Below the pieces are notes generated by a model that saw nothing but the letters and a program-made list of their open reading frames with translations, made no database searches and was not told the origin of the DNA. A program made the position numbers and the translations under genes. From assembly GCA_038064875.1 (NCBI GenBank), contig JBBTSC010000001.1, forward strand, positions 379,004 to 443,003: DNA of 64,000 nucleotides. The letters are read 5' to 3'. This DNA is from Patescibacteria group bacterium. GTDB taxonomy: Bacteria > Patescibacteriota > Saccharimonadia > Saccharimonadales > 2-12-FULL-41-12. Positions 20,156 through 28,618 of the stretch are shown piece after piece (the stretch's first letter is position 1; every line of letters starts with the position of its first letter).

Positions 20156-20791
20156 ATGGACAAGGCTGATGAGTTAAGACCTGATGAGTATGAGATAAAA
20201 GATCTGATTGCTAATGATCGGTTTATTAAAAGCGTAAACGCTTTGAGAAAGAGATGGAAGATTCCGATAATGGGCTTTGGTTCAAACTGGGATCAAAACA
20301 AGTGGAATGAGCAAAATCAAGAATCAATGCCGGATTATATTGCTGATGTAGAAGCGCTGCGAATCGAGTTTGACCTTACTTTTCGATGGAAGACCGCTCT
20401 ACTCCACTTCATACCTACTGCTAACCCGCTGGTGCTGCGAGCTCAATCACCCTGGGAGATAAGGTATACCTATGAAGGAAGCACCGTGGCGAGTAGAAAA
20501 AATGTTCGAGATTTAATGATACTTACCGATGAGTCTATCAGCCAAGATGAAATACTGGATGCCCAGAGAACTATTAAACGACTGGCAAAGCGACCAAAGA
20601 AACAACTAATCACAAATATTGATCGTGACAATAAAGCTTACGCGCTTCATCAATCAGGTGAATCAAATATGCAAATTGCGGCTTGGCTAAATAAGACTCA
20701 TCCCGGGCAGGCATTCAACACTGACAGTGTTGCAAAGATTATCAAAAGAGTGTCTGCACGGCGCACAAAAGGACACCCTACCCAAGATTAG
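20156..20791 (+). CDS. Hypothetical protein with C-terminal helix-turn-helix-like segment
   Basis: 211 aa. The C-terminus HQSGESNMQIAAWLNKTHPGQAFNTDSVAKIIKRVSARR looks like a resolvase/sigma-r4-type HTH. This is inference from the residue pattern. Confidence 0.45.
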   Translation: MDKADELRPDEYEIKDLIANDRFIKSVNALRKRWKIPIMGFGSNWDQNKWNEQNQESMPDYIADVEALRIEFDLTFRWKTALLHFIPTANPLVLRAQSPWEIRYTYEGSTVASRKNVRDLMILTDESISQDEILDAQRTIKRLAKRPKKQLITNIDRDNKAYALHQSGESNMQIAAWLNKTHPGQAFNTDSVAKIIKRVSARRTKGHPTQD

Positions 20792-20835
20792 GCCGTCCAC
20801 GCAATAGTGCCTAGGTTGCCCTTAAATAGGCAGGT

Positions 20836-20991
20836 ATGGCTACCACATCAACGGATATTGCCAAAAGACGCAAGCAAGACGCAATGGAACTTGCTCTTCT
20901 TCTTTACGACATGTTCAAAGAAAGCCAAACCAATGGTAATGTGGACGATGACAAAGGACAAAACAATGCAGACCAATCTAATAAAAACTAG
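20836..20991 (+). CDS. Small 51-aa ORF upstream of the recombinase (possible regulator or directionality factor)
   Basis: Own translation gives MATTSTDIAKRRKQDAMELALLLYDMFKESQTNGNVDDDKGQNNADQSNKN. AGGCAGG lies 5 nt upstream of the ATG. The ORF is below the track size cut-off. Confidence 0.3.
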   Translation: MATTSTDIAKRRKQDAMELALLLYDMFKESQTNGNVDDDKGQNNADQSNKN

Positions 20992-21077
20992 TTTATCGGT
21001 AGTAATGGAAGCTCCTGTTGGCTTAACTGCAAGCCTTGTCCCAGGAGTTTCCACTACTACTTGTAAGGGATTGGGTG

Positions 21078-22676
21078 ATGAAGCAATACGCGATAGCTAC
21101 CTGTAGGGTATCTTCAGTCGAGCAGCTTGACAGCAATAGCTTAAATCGCCAAGCAAAATCAGTAACTGAAGCAGCAAAATACTTGGGCGTGACCATCCCG
21201 CCAGGTGGTATCTGGAGTGGTAGCGTATCGAGCAAAGAAGGCAGAAACTATAGCCGCAAAGACCTCAGGGCTATGTTGGACTATTGCAAAAAGAACCCTA
21301 GAGTAAAATACCTGATCGTAGATGAAATAGATCGATTTATGCGGAGCATTGATGAGATGTTCTATTTTGAAGTTGAATTTCGTAACAAGGTTGGCGTGAA
21401 GGTTTGGTATGCAGGCGATCCAGCACTAAATAGCGATGACCCTTTGACGAAGTTGAGAAGAGCTATGGAGGCATTTAAAGCGGAGGGTAGTAATCTTGAA
21501 CGACAACTTAAATCGATTAAGGGCCAAGTAGCTGCTATAGAAGATGGTAGATGGCCTTTTTCTCCGAAGCCAGGATATAAACGGGGCTATGATAGAGGAA
21601 TTCAGGAAGTGCATCCAACTCGCGGTAAGTCTCTGCAATCTATCCTGATCAAAATTGCTTCCGGCTTAGTTACGCCTACCCAGGGACTAATTGAGCTTAA
21701 TAGAAGTGACTTTATGAGCGACGGTCATGCTCCTTACAAAATGGATAAATTCAGAAAAATAGTCACCGATCCTTTTTATGCTGGTATTTTAGTCATGGAT
21801 AAGCAAGTTAAGGCTCGAAACGAATATGGAATGCACGAAAAACTTATTACAAAGGAGCAGCATTTAGCACTCATCAGAATCATGGATAGTAAAAAGAAGA
21901 CCCAGTCAGGGCCAAGGAAGAACGGAAATCCTGAATACCCGCTATCGAATCATGTAAGTTGCGATTTATGTAAAGATAAGAAAAACGGAAGGTATGTCGG
22001 CTTTGATCACGGGAACGGAAGTAATCCCCGACTTGTCTACAATAAATATCGCTGTAGGGCCTGTAAGCGGTATCTCAAGCGCGAAGAGCTACACCCGCAA
22101 GTGATTAAGCTGTTTGAAGATAGGCCAATTTCAGATGAGGGCGTGAGTGACTTGATCGAAGCAATAGAAAAGGTATGGAAACAGAAAGAAGATCAGTCGG
22201 TCCAAGATGCAAATTACATAAAACGCAAGATTAGCAACCTCAACAAAGCAATCGCCGAGAAAGTAGACGCTGCGACCGATCCTAGTAATATTACGATTAA
22301 GGCCGAAATCCTCGAAGCCATAGAGAAAAAGAAGAACGAAGTTGCTGAATCAGAAGAAGAGCTCGCAAAACTAAGCGGTAATGCCGAAAGAGACCTCGAG
22401 CGCTTTTTGCGCTTTGCTTTTGATTTTGTAGACAATATGGGTAGCAAGTTTCTAGAAACCACCCCTGATAATAGGCTCCGGTGTAAACTTATCGTTTTTC
22501 CTGCCGGTTTCTACCTCGATGCAAACAATAAAGTTTACACTCCAGAAATTAGCCCACTTTACGGGTTAGCGACAAAGAAAAAGAGCGCCGAAGCGCTCGA
22601 TAATTCCCATTTGGTGCGGGTAAGGAGACTCAAACTCCTGGCCTCATCCTTGGCAAGGATGCGCTCTATCAACTGA
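21078..22676 (+). CDS. Large serine recombinase (integrase)
   Basis: The preferred start ATG at 21078 follows AAGGGA. The N-terminus MKQYAIATCRVSSVEQ carries the catalytic Ser motif. There is a recombinase domain, a zinc ribbon (CDLCKDKKNGRY...YRCRACKRY) and a coiled-coil region. The last 21 codons are antisense to tRNA-Gly. Confidence 0.85.
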   Translation: MKQYAIATCRVSSVEQLDSNSLNRQAKSVTEAAKYLGVTIPPGGIWSGSVSSKEGRNYSRKDLRAMLDYCKKNPRVKYLIVDEIDRFMRSIDEMFYFEVEFRNKVGVKVWYAGDPALNSDDPLTKLRRAMEAFKAEGSNLERQLKSIKGQVAAIEDGRWPFSPKPGYKRGYDRGIQEVHPTRGKSLQSILIKIASGLVTPTQGLIELNRSDFMSDGHAPYKMDKFRKIVTDPFYAGILVMDKQVKARNEYGMHEKLITKEQHLALIRIMDSKKKTQSGPRKNGNPEYPLSNHVSCDLCKDKKNGRYVGFDHGNGSNPRLVYNKYRCRACKRYLKREELHPQVIKLFEDRPISDEGVSDLIEAIEKVWKQKEDQSVQDANYIKRKISNLNKAIAEKVDAATDPSNITIKAEILEAIEKKKNEVAESEEELAKLSGNAERDLERFLRFAFDFVDNMGSKFLETTPDNRLRCKLIVFPAGFYLDANNKVYTPEISPLYGLATKKKSAEALDNSHLVRVRRLKLLASSLARMRSIN

Positions 22677-22687
22677 GCTATACCCGC
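22612..22687 (-). tRNA. tRNA-Gly (anticodon GCC)
   Basis: Reverse complement reads GCGGGTATAGCTCAGTTGATAGAGCGCATCCTTGCCAAGGATGAGGCCAGGAGTTTGAGTCTCCTTACCCGCACCA. All stems pair and the anticodon loop is TTGCCAA. Confidence 0.9.
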
Positions 22688-22788
22688 ATTTCCTTGAGAC
22701 AAACCTACGGTTTTTCTCAACGCTCGTCGGCAAAGCCGAGTTTGCAAGCAAACCATGCTCGCTTCTCTTTTCCCTTCCGACAAATTTA

Positions 22789-22864
22789 TGGTGGCTCCTC
22801 CCAGACTCGAACTGGGGACACAAGGCTCTTCAGGCCTCTGCTCTACCAACTGAGCTAAAGAGCC
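22789..22864 (-). tRNA. tRNA-Phe (anticodon GAA)
   Basis: Reverse complement reads GGCTCTTTAGCTCAGTTGGTAGAGCAGAGGCCTGAAGAGCCTTGTGTCCCCAGTTCGAGTCTGGGAGGAGCCACCA. Anticodon loop is CTGAAGA. Confidence 0.9.
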
Positions 22865-22958
22865 ATACCGTGGTAACTTGGTTTCAACGATTTGTTAATG
22901 TTTGCCTGAAGATCTTGTGTCCCCAAAGGGACAAGTTATGATCTGCCGGCTCCGCCTT

Positions 22959-23002
22959 GGGCTCTTCAGGCCTCTGCGACAATCCGACTGAGCTAAAGAA
23001 CC
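22959..23002 (-). pseudogene. tRNA-Phe 5' fragment (acceptor 5' strand to anticodon loop); no T-arm or 3' acceptor strand
   Basis: The reverse complement GGTTCTTTAGCTCAGTCGGATTGTCGCAGAGGCCTGAAGAGCCC parallels tRNA-Phe residues 1-41. The D-stem 3' strand is corrupted. No sequence complementary to GGTTCTT follows. Confidence 0.6.
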
Positions 23003-23029
23003 ATAGGTTGAAACAAAATATTCTGTTAA

Positions 23030-23106
23030 TGGTGGGTGATGAGGGATTCGAACCCCCGACCCCCTCGGTGTAAACGAGGTGCTCTAGCCAACTGAGCTAA
23101 TCACCC
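23030..23106 (-). tRNA. tRNA-Val (anticodon UAC)
   Basis: Reverse complement reads GGGTGATTAGCTCAGTTGGCTAGAGCACCTCGTTTACACCGAGGGGGTCGGGGGTTCGAATCCCTCATCACCCACCA. Confidence 0.9.
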
Positions 23107-23138
23107 AAACATTCAATGCATTATACCAAAAAATACCC

Positions 23139-23225
23139 TGGTGCGCGAGAGAGGACTTGAACCTCCACGTCCCAAAGGACACTACGACCTCAACGTAGCC
23201 TGTCTACCAATTCCAGCACTCGCGC
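23139..23225 (-). tRNA. tRNA-Leu (anticodon GAG)
   Basis: Reverse complement reads GCGCGAGTGCTGGAATTGGTAGACAGGCTACGTTGAGGTCGTAGTGTCCTTTGGGACGTGGAGGTTCAAGTCCTCTCTCGCGCACCA. It has a long variable arm. Confidence 0.9.
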
Positions 23226-23262
23226 TTAACTACAGTTATTTTACCATAAAACTTCTCTAGGA

Positions 23263-24882
23263 TCAGCTTCTTGGAACGTGTTGGTCTATAGAATACTCAC
23301 TTCTGAGAAGCGGAAGGGTGTCTTCGTTCTTAACATCAATCTTAACCTTTGGATTTAGTATAAAGTAGGGATCAAAGATAGCTTTTACCTTCATAAAGAG
23401 TTCATAAATCTCATCGCCAAATTGTTGCCGAACATATGGACCACGAAGTCGCCCGTCGTTATACTCACCAGTTATTGAGCCACCTAGTGACAGAACCAAG
23501 TCATGATATTCCTTCATCAGCCTAAAGATCTTTTGCCTATCCCCTAATTGCCCTATATTGAGAAGAGGTTGCATATGCAAGTTGCCTTCGCCGATATGTC
23601 CCCAAACCGCTATCTGCAGTCCGTGTTTTTCCAAAATCTGATAAACACCGTTAAAGTACTCTTCTAATCTCTCAATACCTACAACGCCGTCATCGACTAA
23701 GGGCAGGGGAGCGGTCAAAGAATCGTTGTGAAGGTGAACCGACCCAACGCTCCGCCTTAGTTTCCAAAGATTTTGTCGTTCTATCTCTTCTGTTTCTACC
23801 CTGTACTCAATCTGCAAACCATCTAATATCTTTGCAGTTTTCTTAACGTTTTTGGCCTGTTGTTTTACAGAATCATCAAATTCTATCAGCAAGACTAACT
23901 CTGGCAAACGACTCGGCAGACTACCCTTCAGGTAATTTGGGCTTTGTTTTACAACACGTTCTATTGAGTATTTGTCTACAACTTCAAACGCACTTGGCTT
24001 GAGCTTGAGGATGTCTTTAATAACTTTCTCTGTGTTTGAAAAATCATGCAGATAGACCGCAACGAGGCTGGTCTCTGGGTTATAGTCTGCAGTAGTCATG
24101 GTGACTTCGCTGATGACACCGAGTGTCCCCTGCGCACCAACGATCAACGGAGTTAGGTCAAATGAACCATCCTTGTTCTTTACAGAGAAGATATCATAGC
24201 CACTGACATTTTTAGTCCAAGTTGGCTTGAAGTTATTGATCAAATCATGATTTTCTTCTATCAGAGCGTCTAAATTGCGATATATTTCTCCCTCGAAAGA
24301 CGAAAGCCCCATCTTCTTGCTAAGTTCTCTCTTGGAAAGCCTTTTGGTGTCTATAACTTCTCCGTTGGCAAGCACTACTCTCAGGCTGTTTACATACTTC
24401 TTTGTGTCGCCATATTTAACTGACAATTCACCGCTCGAGTTATTTGCTACAGCGCCACCAATAGTCGAATACTCTAAAGACGCAGGATATGCAGGCAAAA
24501 ATCGTCCGTGAGTATGTAGGGTCTGCTGTAATTTAGCATAGTTGATACCTGGCTCTACCACTACGAATCCACTCTTTGAGTCAAATTCTAGAATCTTATT
24601 CATATGAACAGGCGTGACCAACATAACACCAGCGCCAATAGCACCCCCGCTAAAGTCACTACCTCCACCACGAGCAGTTATAGGAATTATCCGACCTCTC
24701 TCTGCCAACTGCCAGGCGAAGCGAGCTGTCTTTCTGATATCTCCTTCATCCATAGGATAGGCAACTAGGCTCGGCATTTGCTCAAATATACTAGCGTCTG
24801 TAGCGTATTTGTTTCTAACGCTTTCAGATACTATGACCTCACCACGCAAGTGCTCCTGTAAATAGTGAGCCAATTTATTCAT
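23263..24882 (-). CDS. FAD-linked oxidase (GlcD / D-lactate dehydrogenase family)
   Basis: 539 aa. The N-terminal FAD-binding PCMH-type region reads PITARGGGSDFSGGAIG. The C-terminal FAD-oxidase_C-like region ends in DPYFILNP. Confidence 0.75.
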   Translation of the reverse strand: MNKLAHYLQEHLRGEVIVSESVRNKYATDASIFEQMPSLVAYPMDEGDIRKTARFAWQLAERGRIIPITARGGGSDFSGGAIGAGVMLVTPVHMNKILEFDSKSGFVVVEPGINYAKLQQTLHTHGRFLPAYPASLEYSTIGGAVANNSSGELSVKYGDTKKYVNSLRVVLANGEVIDTKRLSKRELSKKMGLSSFEGEIYRNLDALIEENHDLINNFKPTWTKNVSGYDIFSVKNKDGSFDLTPLIVGAQGTLGVISEVTMTTADYNPETSLVAVYLHDFSNTEKVIKDILKLKPSAFEVVDKYSIERVVKQSPNYLKGSLPSRLPELVLLIEFDDSVKQQAKNVKKTAKILDGLQIEYRVETEEIERQNLWKLRRSVGSVHLHNDSLTAPLPLVDDGVVGIERLEEYFNGVYQILEKHGLQIAVWGHIGEGNLHMQPLLNIGQLGDRQKIFRLMKEYHDLVLSLGGSITGEYNDGRLRGPYVRQQFGDEIYELFMKVKAIFDPYFILNPKVKIDVKNEDTLPLLRSEYSIDQHVPRS

Positions 24883-24957
24883 ATGTACCCCTCATAATCT
24901 ATATACTACGATAGCATAAGCACCGTCTCGAAGTAAACATACTTGGGTCTAATATTT

Positions 24958-26748
24958 TTACTGGTTTTTTCTAACTTTTTTATCTTTGACTGTCCAGTTG
25001 TGGACATTGTTGTACCTGTCGGTATTAGAACTGATACTTGCTGTATCAAAATTGTAAAATGGCTCTCTCACTATAAATACATACCTTGGCTGGTACAGGG
25101 TAAGGGCTGGAGCATCATTGAGCCAATTTACTAAGAACGGCGCGTATTTTACTGCACGAACACTCGGGTCACTCCGAGATCGGCCGCCTTCCAGGGCCTG
25201 GTCAGCCGGCTTTGAAGCATATTCGCTAAGGTTTAACTTTGAGGACGCACCAATATCTTTTTGTGAACTGTGCCAAAAAGCAAAGATATCAGGGTCATAG
25301 CCCAGACTAATAGCTGACAGCACTGAAGAGTAACTGTGCGATGCTATTGCTGTCTGCATCTCCTCTTCATCCAAAGAAACTATTTTGACAGTAACACCTA
25401 TTTCTTTCCACTGACTCGCCAACGATTCTGAGACTTTCTTGTAGTCATCCAATGACCTCGCTGTCAGGCTAAATTCTAACCTTTGCCCGGCTTTTTCTCG
25501 TTGCCCAGAAGATTGATTCATCACCCAGCCAGAGCTATCGAGCAACTTGCCCGCCTCGGCGATATTATTTGTCTTTTGAATTTGATTTTTGTCATAAGCA
25601 AAAGTTGTATCTAGGAAAGGACTATCAGATATCTTGACTGGGTAGCCAAGGTCCTTGACCGCCTCACCCCGATTTGTTGCCAGGACCAAAGCTTTTCTAA
25701 GATTAGGGTCATTAAATGGCGGTTCACTAACCTTGAAGAAAACATTCACCTGACTGGTCAGAGTCCTGGACATATCTTGGATGTTGGTATCTTTTGCGAT
25801 GATTTTCTCAGGATTAGTCACGCCGTTGATAGCATCAAGCCGATTTGCCTCCATGTCTTGTTTGACCGAACCTTCATCTCTATATGTCTGTATAAAATAC
25901 TGATCGATCTTTGGCTTGCCCAAGTGGTAATTCGTATTTGCTGTGAGAGAAATACGCTCACTGGTTTTATTCTCTTTCAATTTCTGGACTTCAACCTTGT
26001 TGATCTTAAATGGGCCTGAGCCGACTATATTTTGGTTGTTGTGACTGTCAGATCTGATCTGAGCTATGTCGATTTTGCCGTAAATATGCTCCGGAATAAT
26101 CCCATTAGTCAGGTAGTGGGGAAATGAGCTGAGCGAGCCTTGTAACACAAAAGTGATTGTTCGATCGTCAACGACTTTTATACCGACACCCTGCCAGCTA
26201 CTTCTAAGAGGTGACTTTAGATCAGGATTTTGAATCAACTTATAAGTGAATTCAACATCTTTGGAGGTAATAGGTTTTTTATCGTGCCACTTGAGATCTT
26301 TTCTTAGTTTTACTGTGTACGTACTCCCGCTCGCATCAACTGTCCAGCTCTCTGCTAAATCATTGGTTAATTGACCATTGCCGTCATATTTTAGAAGCCC
26401 TGAATGTAATAATTTTGATACCGACGTATCGACAGCTCCTGTGGCAAATACAGGATTTGCATTGGTGAATTTGCCAATAATCCCTTCCCTAAAAACTCCT
26501 CCCTCTGCAGGAACTGCTTTGCGAGTTGCACCATAGAAAACATTGAATTGATAAAACGTTACGCCTGTTATGAGTAGAACTATCGCTACCCAGCCAAAGA
26601 TAAATCTACGTACTGACTCAAAACGATGAACTTTGTTCGCAAGGTGTTGGTCTATCCGTGAGTCTGCGGAGGCTGCGCTTTTTTCTGCCTTACGCCTCTG
26701 TCTCCTGAGAAGACGTTTTATCCTTGTTGTTTTTTCAGTCTCTAGCAT
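24958..26748 (-). CDS. ABC transporter substrate-binding protein, family 5 (peptide/nickel type), N-terminally anchored
   Basis: I prefer the start at ATG 26748 (MLETEK...) because the track start at 26796 overlaps secG. There is a TM anchor, then SBP_bac_5-like stretches such as GLLKYDGNGQLTNDLAESW. Confidence 0.7.
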   Translation of the reverse strand: MLETEKTTRIKRLLRRQRRKAEKSAASADSRIDQHLANKVHRFESVRRFIFGWVAIVLLITGVTFYQFNVFYGATRKAVPAEGGVFREGIIGKFTNANPVFATGAVDTSVSKLLHSGLLKYDGNGQLTNDLAESWTVDASGSTYTVKLRKDLKWHDKKPITSKDVEFTYKLIQNPDLKSPLRSSWQGVGIKVVDDRTITFVLQGSLSSFPHYLTNGIIPEHIYGKIDIAQIRSDSHNNQNIVGSGPFKINKVEVQKLKENKTSERISLTANTNYHLGKPKIDQYFIQTYRDEGSVKQDMEANRLDAINGVTNPEKIIAKDTNIQDMSRTLTSQVNVFFKVSEPPFNDPNLRKALVLATNRGEAVKDLGYPVKISDSPFLDTTFAYDKNQIQKTNNIAEAGKLLDSSGWVMNQSSGQREKAGQRLEFSLTARSLDDYKKVSESLASQWKEIGVTVKIVSLDEEEMQTAIASHSYSSVLSAISLGYDPDIFAFWHSSQKDIGASSKLNLSEYASKPADQALEGGRSRSDPSVRAVKYAPFLVNWLNDAPALTLYQPRYVFIVREPFYNFDTASISSNTDRYNNVHNWTVKDKKVRKNQ

Positions 26749-26762
26749 ACGAACCTGCGACT

Positions 26763-26975
26763 TTAAACCAAAACGCTCAGCAGGAGAGACGCACAAAATA
26801 CAATCACCAGAATGATAGTCAACTGATGAATTGTTTTGTCCGTGCCACGCCTGACTGTGTTAACTTCCCCACCTCCGCCGAGTCCAGCACCAAGTCCAGC
26901 ACCTCGAGTTTGCATCAGTATAAGTATAGTAAGAAGAACCATTGATATAACAGTTATGTAACCAAAGATATTCAT
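26763..26975 (-). CDS. secG: Preprotein translocase subunit SecG
   Basis: 70 aa with two TM helices flanking a Gly-rich loop: LMQTRGAGLGAGLGGGGE. Confidence 0.8.
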   Translation of the reverse strand: MNIFGYITVISMVLLTILILMQTRGAGLGAGLGGGGEVNTVRRGTDKTIHQLTIILVIVFCASLLLSVLV

Positions 26976-27355
26976 GCGTCCTCCTTTTTAGATTCTAAGA
27001 TAGTCACTACTAGATAGTTTACCAGTCCAATGATCATTCCTGCAAGCATGGCTGAGCCAAATCCATCAATATGAAGTGGTCCATATAGGTTACTGACTAA
27101 AGCCAGCAATAAGCCATTTACTACAATCATAAAAAGCCCCAAACTAAGTAAGATAAAAGGAAATGTCAGGAATACCAGAACAGGCTTGATCAATGTGTTT
27201 ACTATCGCCAACATCAGACCAGAAAAAATAATTACTTTCAAACTATTCTGATAATCTATCTTTCCGCCCAATATGCCTGAAGCAATCCAAATACCCAAAG
27301 ATCCGACGAACCATCTCAGAGCAAAAAGACTAAAAAATCCGTGCCTTCTACTCAT
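26972..27355 (-). CDS. Phage holin family 4 / DUF360 membrane protein
   Basis: Pattern LIKPVLVFLTFPFILLSLGLFMIVVNGLLLALV...IDGFGSAMLAGMIIGLVN. The start at 27355 avoids overlap with the upstream stop. Confidence 0.65.
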   Translation of the reverse strand: MSRRHGFFSLFALRWFVGSLGIWIASGILGGKIDYQNSLKVIIFSGLMLAIVNTLIKPVLVFLTFPFILLSLGLFMIVVNGLLLALVSNLYGPLHIDGFGSAMLAGMIIGLVNYLVVTILESKKEDA

Positions 27356-27356
27356 A

Positions 27357-28589
27357 CTAGCTGTCACTCTCCTCGATGCCAGGAGCATCAGAAGTTAGGT
27401 TTTCGTAACCTGTCTCTGTGATTAGAAGTGTGTCCTCAAATCTCATGCCGAACCCTTCGTCTTCAATATAAATACCAGGCTCTATTGTTATCGCCATGCC
27501 TGGCTCCAAAGGCTTATCTATCTGCCCGCCATCATGCACATCTAGTCCGATAAAATGTCCAAGTCCATGAGGGAAAAATTGAGCCGTAGACTCAGGACTA
27601 ATCACATCGACTAAGCCAACTTCTCGCAATTTCTCTCCCATAAATTGTCTGGTTCTTTGTTCGATAACCAACATCGTCATCCCAGGCATAACCAAAGAAC
27701 AAGCATAATTAAAAACATCCATTAGGGCTTTATGAATAGCTTGGTATCGTTGATTTGTTACGTCAAAGTAAGTTCTGGTTACATCAGAAGCGTATCCGCT
27801 CCGTTCAACCCCAATATCAAGAAGCACTATATCTGACACATTACCTGACCCATCTGTCTGATAATGCAAAGTGTTTGCGTTTGCTCCACCAGCGATTATT
27901 GGTTCATAGGCAAGTTCTAAATTTTGTTTTAAAAGAATGGTTTTTAGGGCTAGATCTATGTCTCTCTCTGAGGAAAATTTTGAAAGCTTGGAATAAATAT
28001 TCTTATAAATCTTTGCGCTCTCTTTGGCAGCCTCCCGCATAGCTTTGATTTCTTCAGGTTGCTTCATCTGCCGGAGCGCTACAAAATTCGTCTTCAAATC
28101 AATAAACTGAACATTCTGATTAACACCGAGTATAGTGCTTGCAAGTTGCCTCTTGGCAGGGTTTGTAAATACATTGTGCTTTGGGTCATAGATCGGCGGA
28201 GGAGAAAGAGTAGCTATAAACTTAGCTTTTTTGATCTTCCTGTTCAGCAACTGCCAGCCTTTGTCATATTCATAGACTTTTTTGATGCCTGAATTATTTT
28301 TGATAGTGTCTTTGTCTATAGCACCGTCAAACTTTATGTTCACTTCGGTGCGCTCTGGCAAAATCAAGAACTCTTTTTCGCCGTCTATCACCAAAACAAC
28401 TTCCGGATCATTAATACCCGTCATATACCAAAAGTTTGAATCTTGCTTGAAAGGATATGTCTGATCTGGGGTCTTCTCTAATTTACCGTTGGCAGTCAAA
28501 ATTATCATCGCCTCACCGACAAACCCGGTACGCAACTTTTGCCTGTTACCTATAAAAAATTCTTTTGAAAATATACCCGTATCACTCAT
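27357..28589 (-). CDS. Xaa-Pro aminopeptidase (M24B)
   Basis: Metal-ligand motifs DIGVERSGYASDVTRT, HGLGHFIGLDVHD and EPGIY..., typical of the PepP/PepQ family. Confidence 0.85.
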   Translation of the reverse strand: MSDTGIFSKEFFIGNRQKLRTGFVGEAMIILTANGKLEKTPDQTYPFKQDSNFWYMTGINDPEVVLVIDGEKEFLILPERTEVNIKFDGAIDKDTIKNNSGIKKVYEYDKGWQLLNRKIKKAKFIATLSPPPIYDPKHNVFTNPAKRQLASTILGVNQNVQFIDLKTNFVALRQMKQPEEIKAMREAAKESAKIYKNIYSKLSKFSSERDIDLALKTILLKQNLELAYEPIIAGGANANTLHYQTDGSGNVSDIVLLDIGVERSGYASDVTRTYFDVTNQRYQAIHKALMDVFNYACSLVMPGMTMLVIEQRTRQFMGEKLREVGLVDVISPESTAQFFPHGLGHFIGLDVHDGGQIDKPLEPGMAITIEPGIYIEDEGFGMRFEDTLLITETGYENLTSDAPGIEESDS

Positions 28590-28618
28590 AAGATAAGATC
28601 TAATTATATCACTTTTAG

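Larger units (their letters stand above)
12292..22611. mobile_element. Putative integrated genomic island, possibly composite, adjoining the 3' end of tRNA-Gly(GCC)
   Basis: Bounded by the tRNA-like gene (12220-12291) and tRNA-Gly (22612-22687). A large serine recombinase sits at the tRNA-proximal edge. Hand GC counts of single 60-nt lines give about 45-62% at 12.3-19.0 kb and about 25-43% in flanking core genes. A degenerate copy of the tRNA-Gly 3' end lies at 19108-19125. Exact ends are not established. Confidence 0.45.

Noticed and set aside
20807-21106. 99-aa ORF bridging the gap before the recombinase, and the 21036 upstream start of the recombinase ORF.
   Set aside because: The sequence has no protein-like pattern. 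It overlaps a better small ORF in another frame (20836-20991) and the recombinase N-terminus. The recombinase start at 21078 has an AAGGGA RBS and yields the canonical AIATCRVSS N-terminus.
12296-22627. Long perfect direct repeats (tyrosine-integrase style att sites) flanking the island.
   Set aside because: Only degenerate matches were found by eye: 14/18 at 19108 and an 8-mer at 12078. Serine recombinases need only short att sites, so boundaries remain unresolved and I do not assert them.
22865-23002. Possibility that the second tRNA-Phe-like sequence is a functional or intron-containing tRNA.
   Set aside because: No sequence complementary to the 5' acceptor strand GGTTCTT occurs downstream, and no T-arm (GTTCGA-type) is present. 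The D-stem 3' strand is also corrupted. I therefore call it a fragment.
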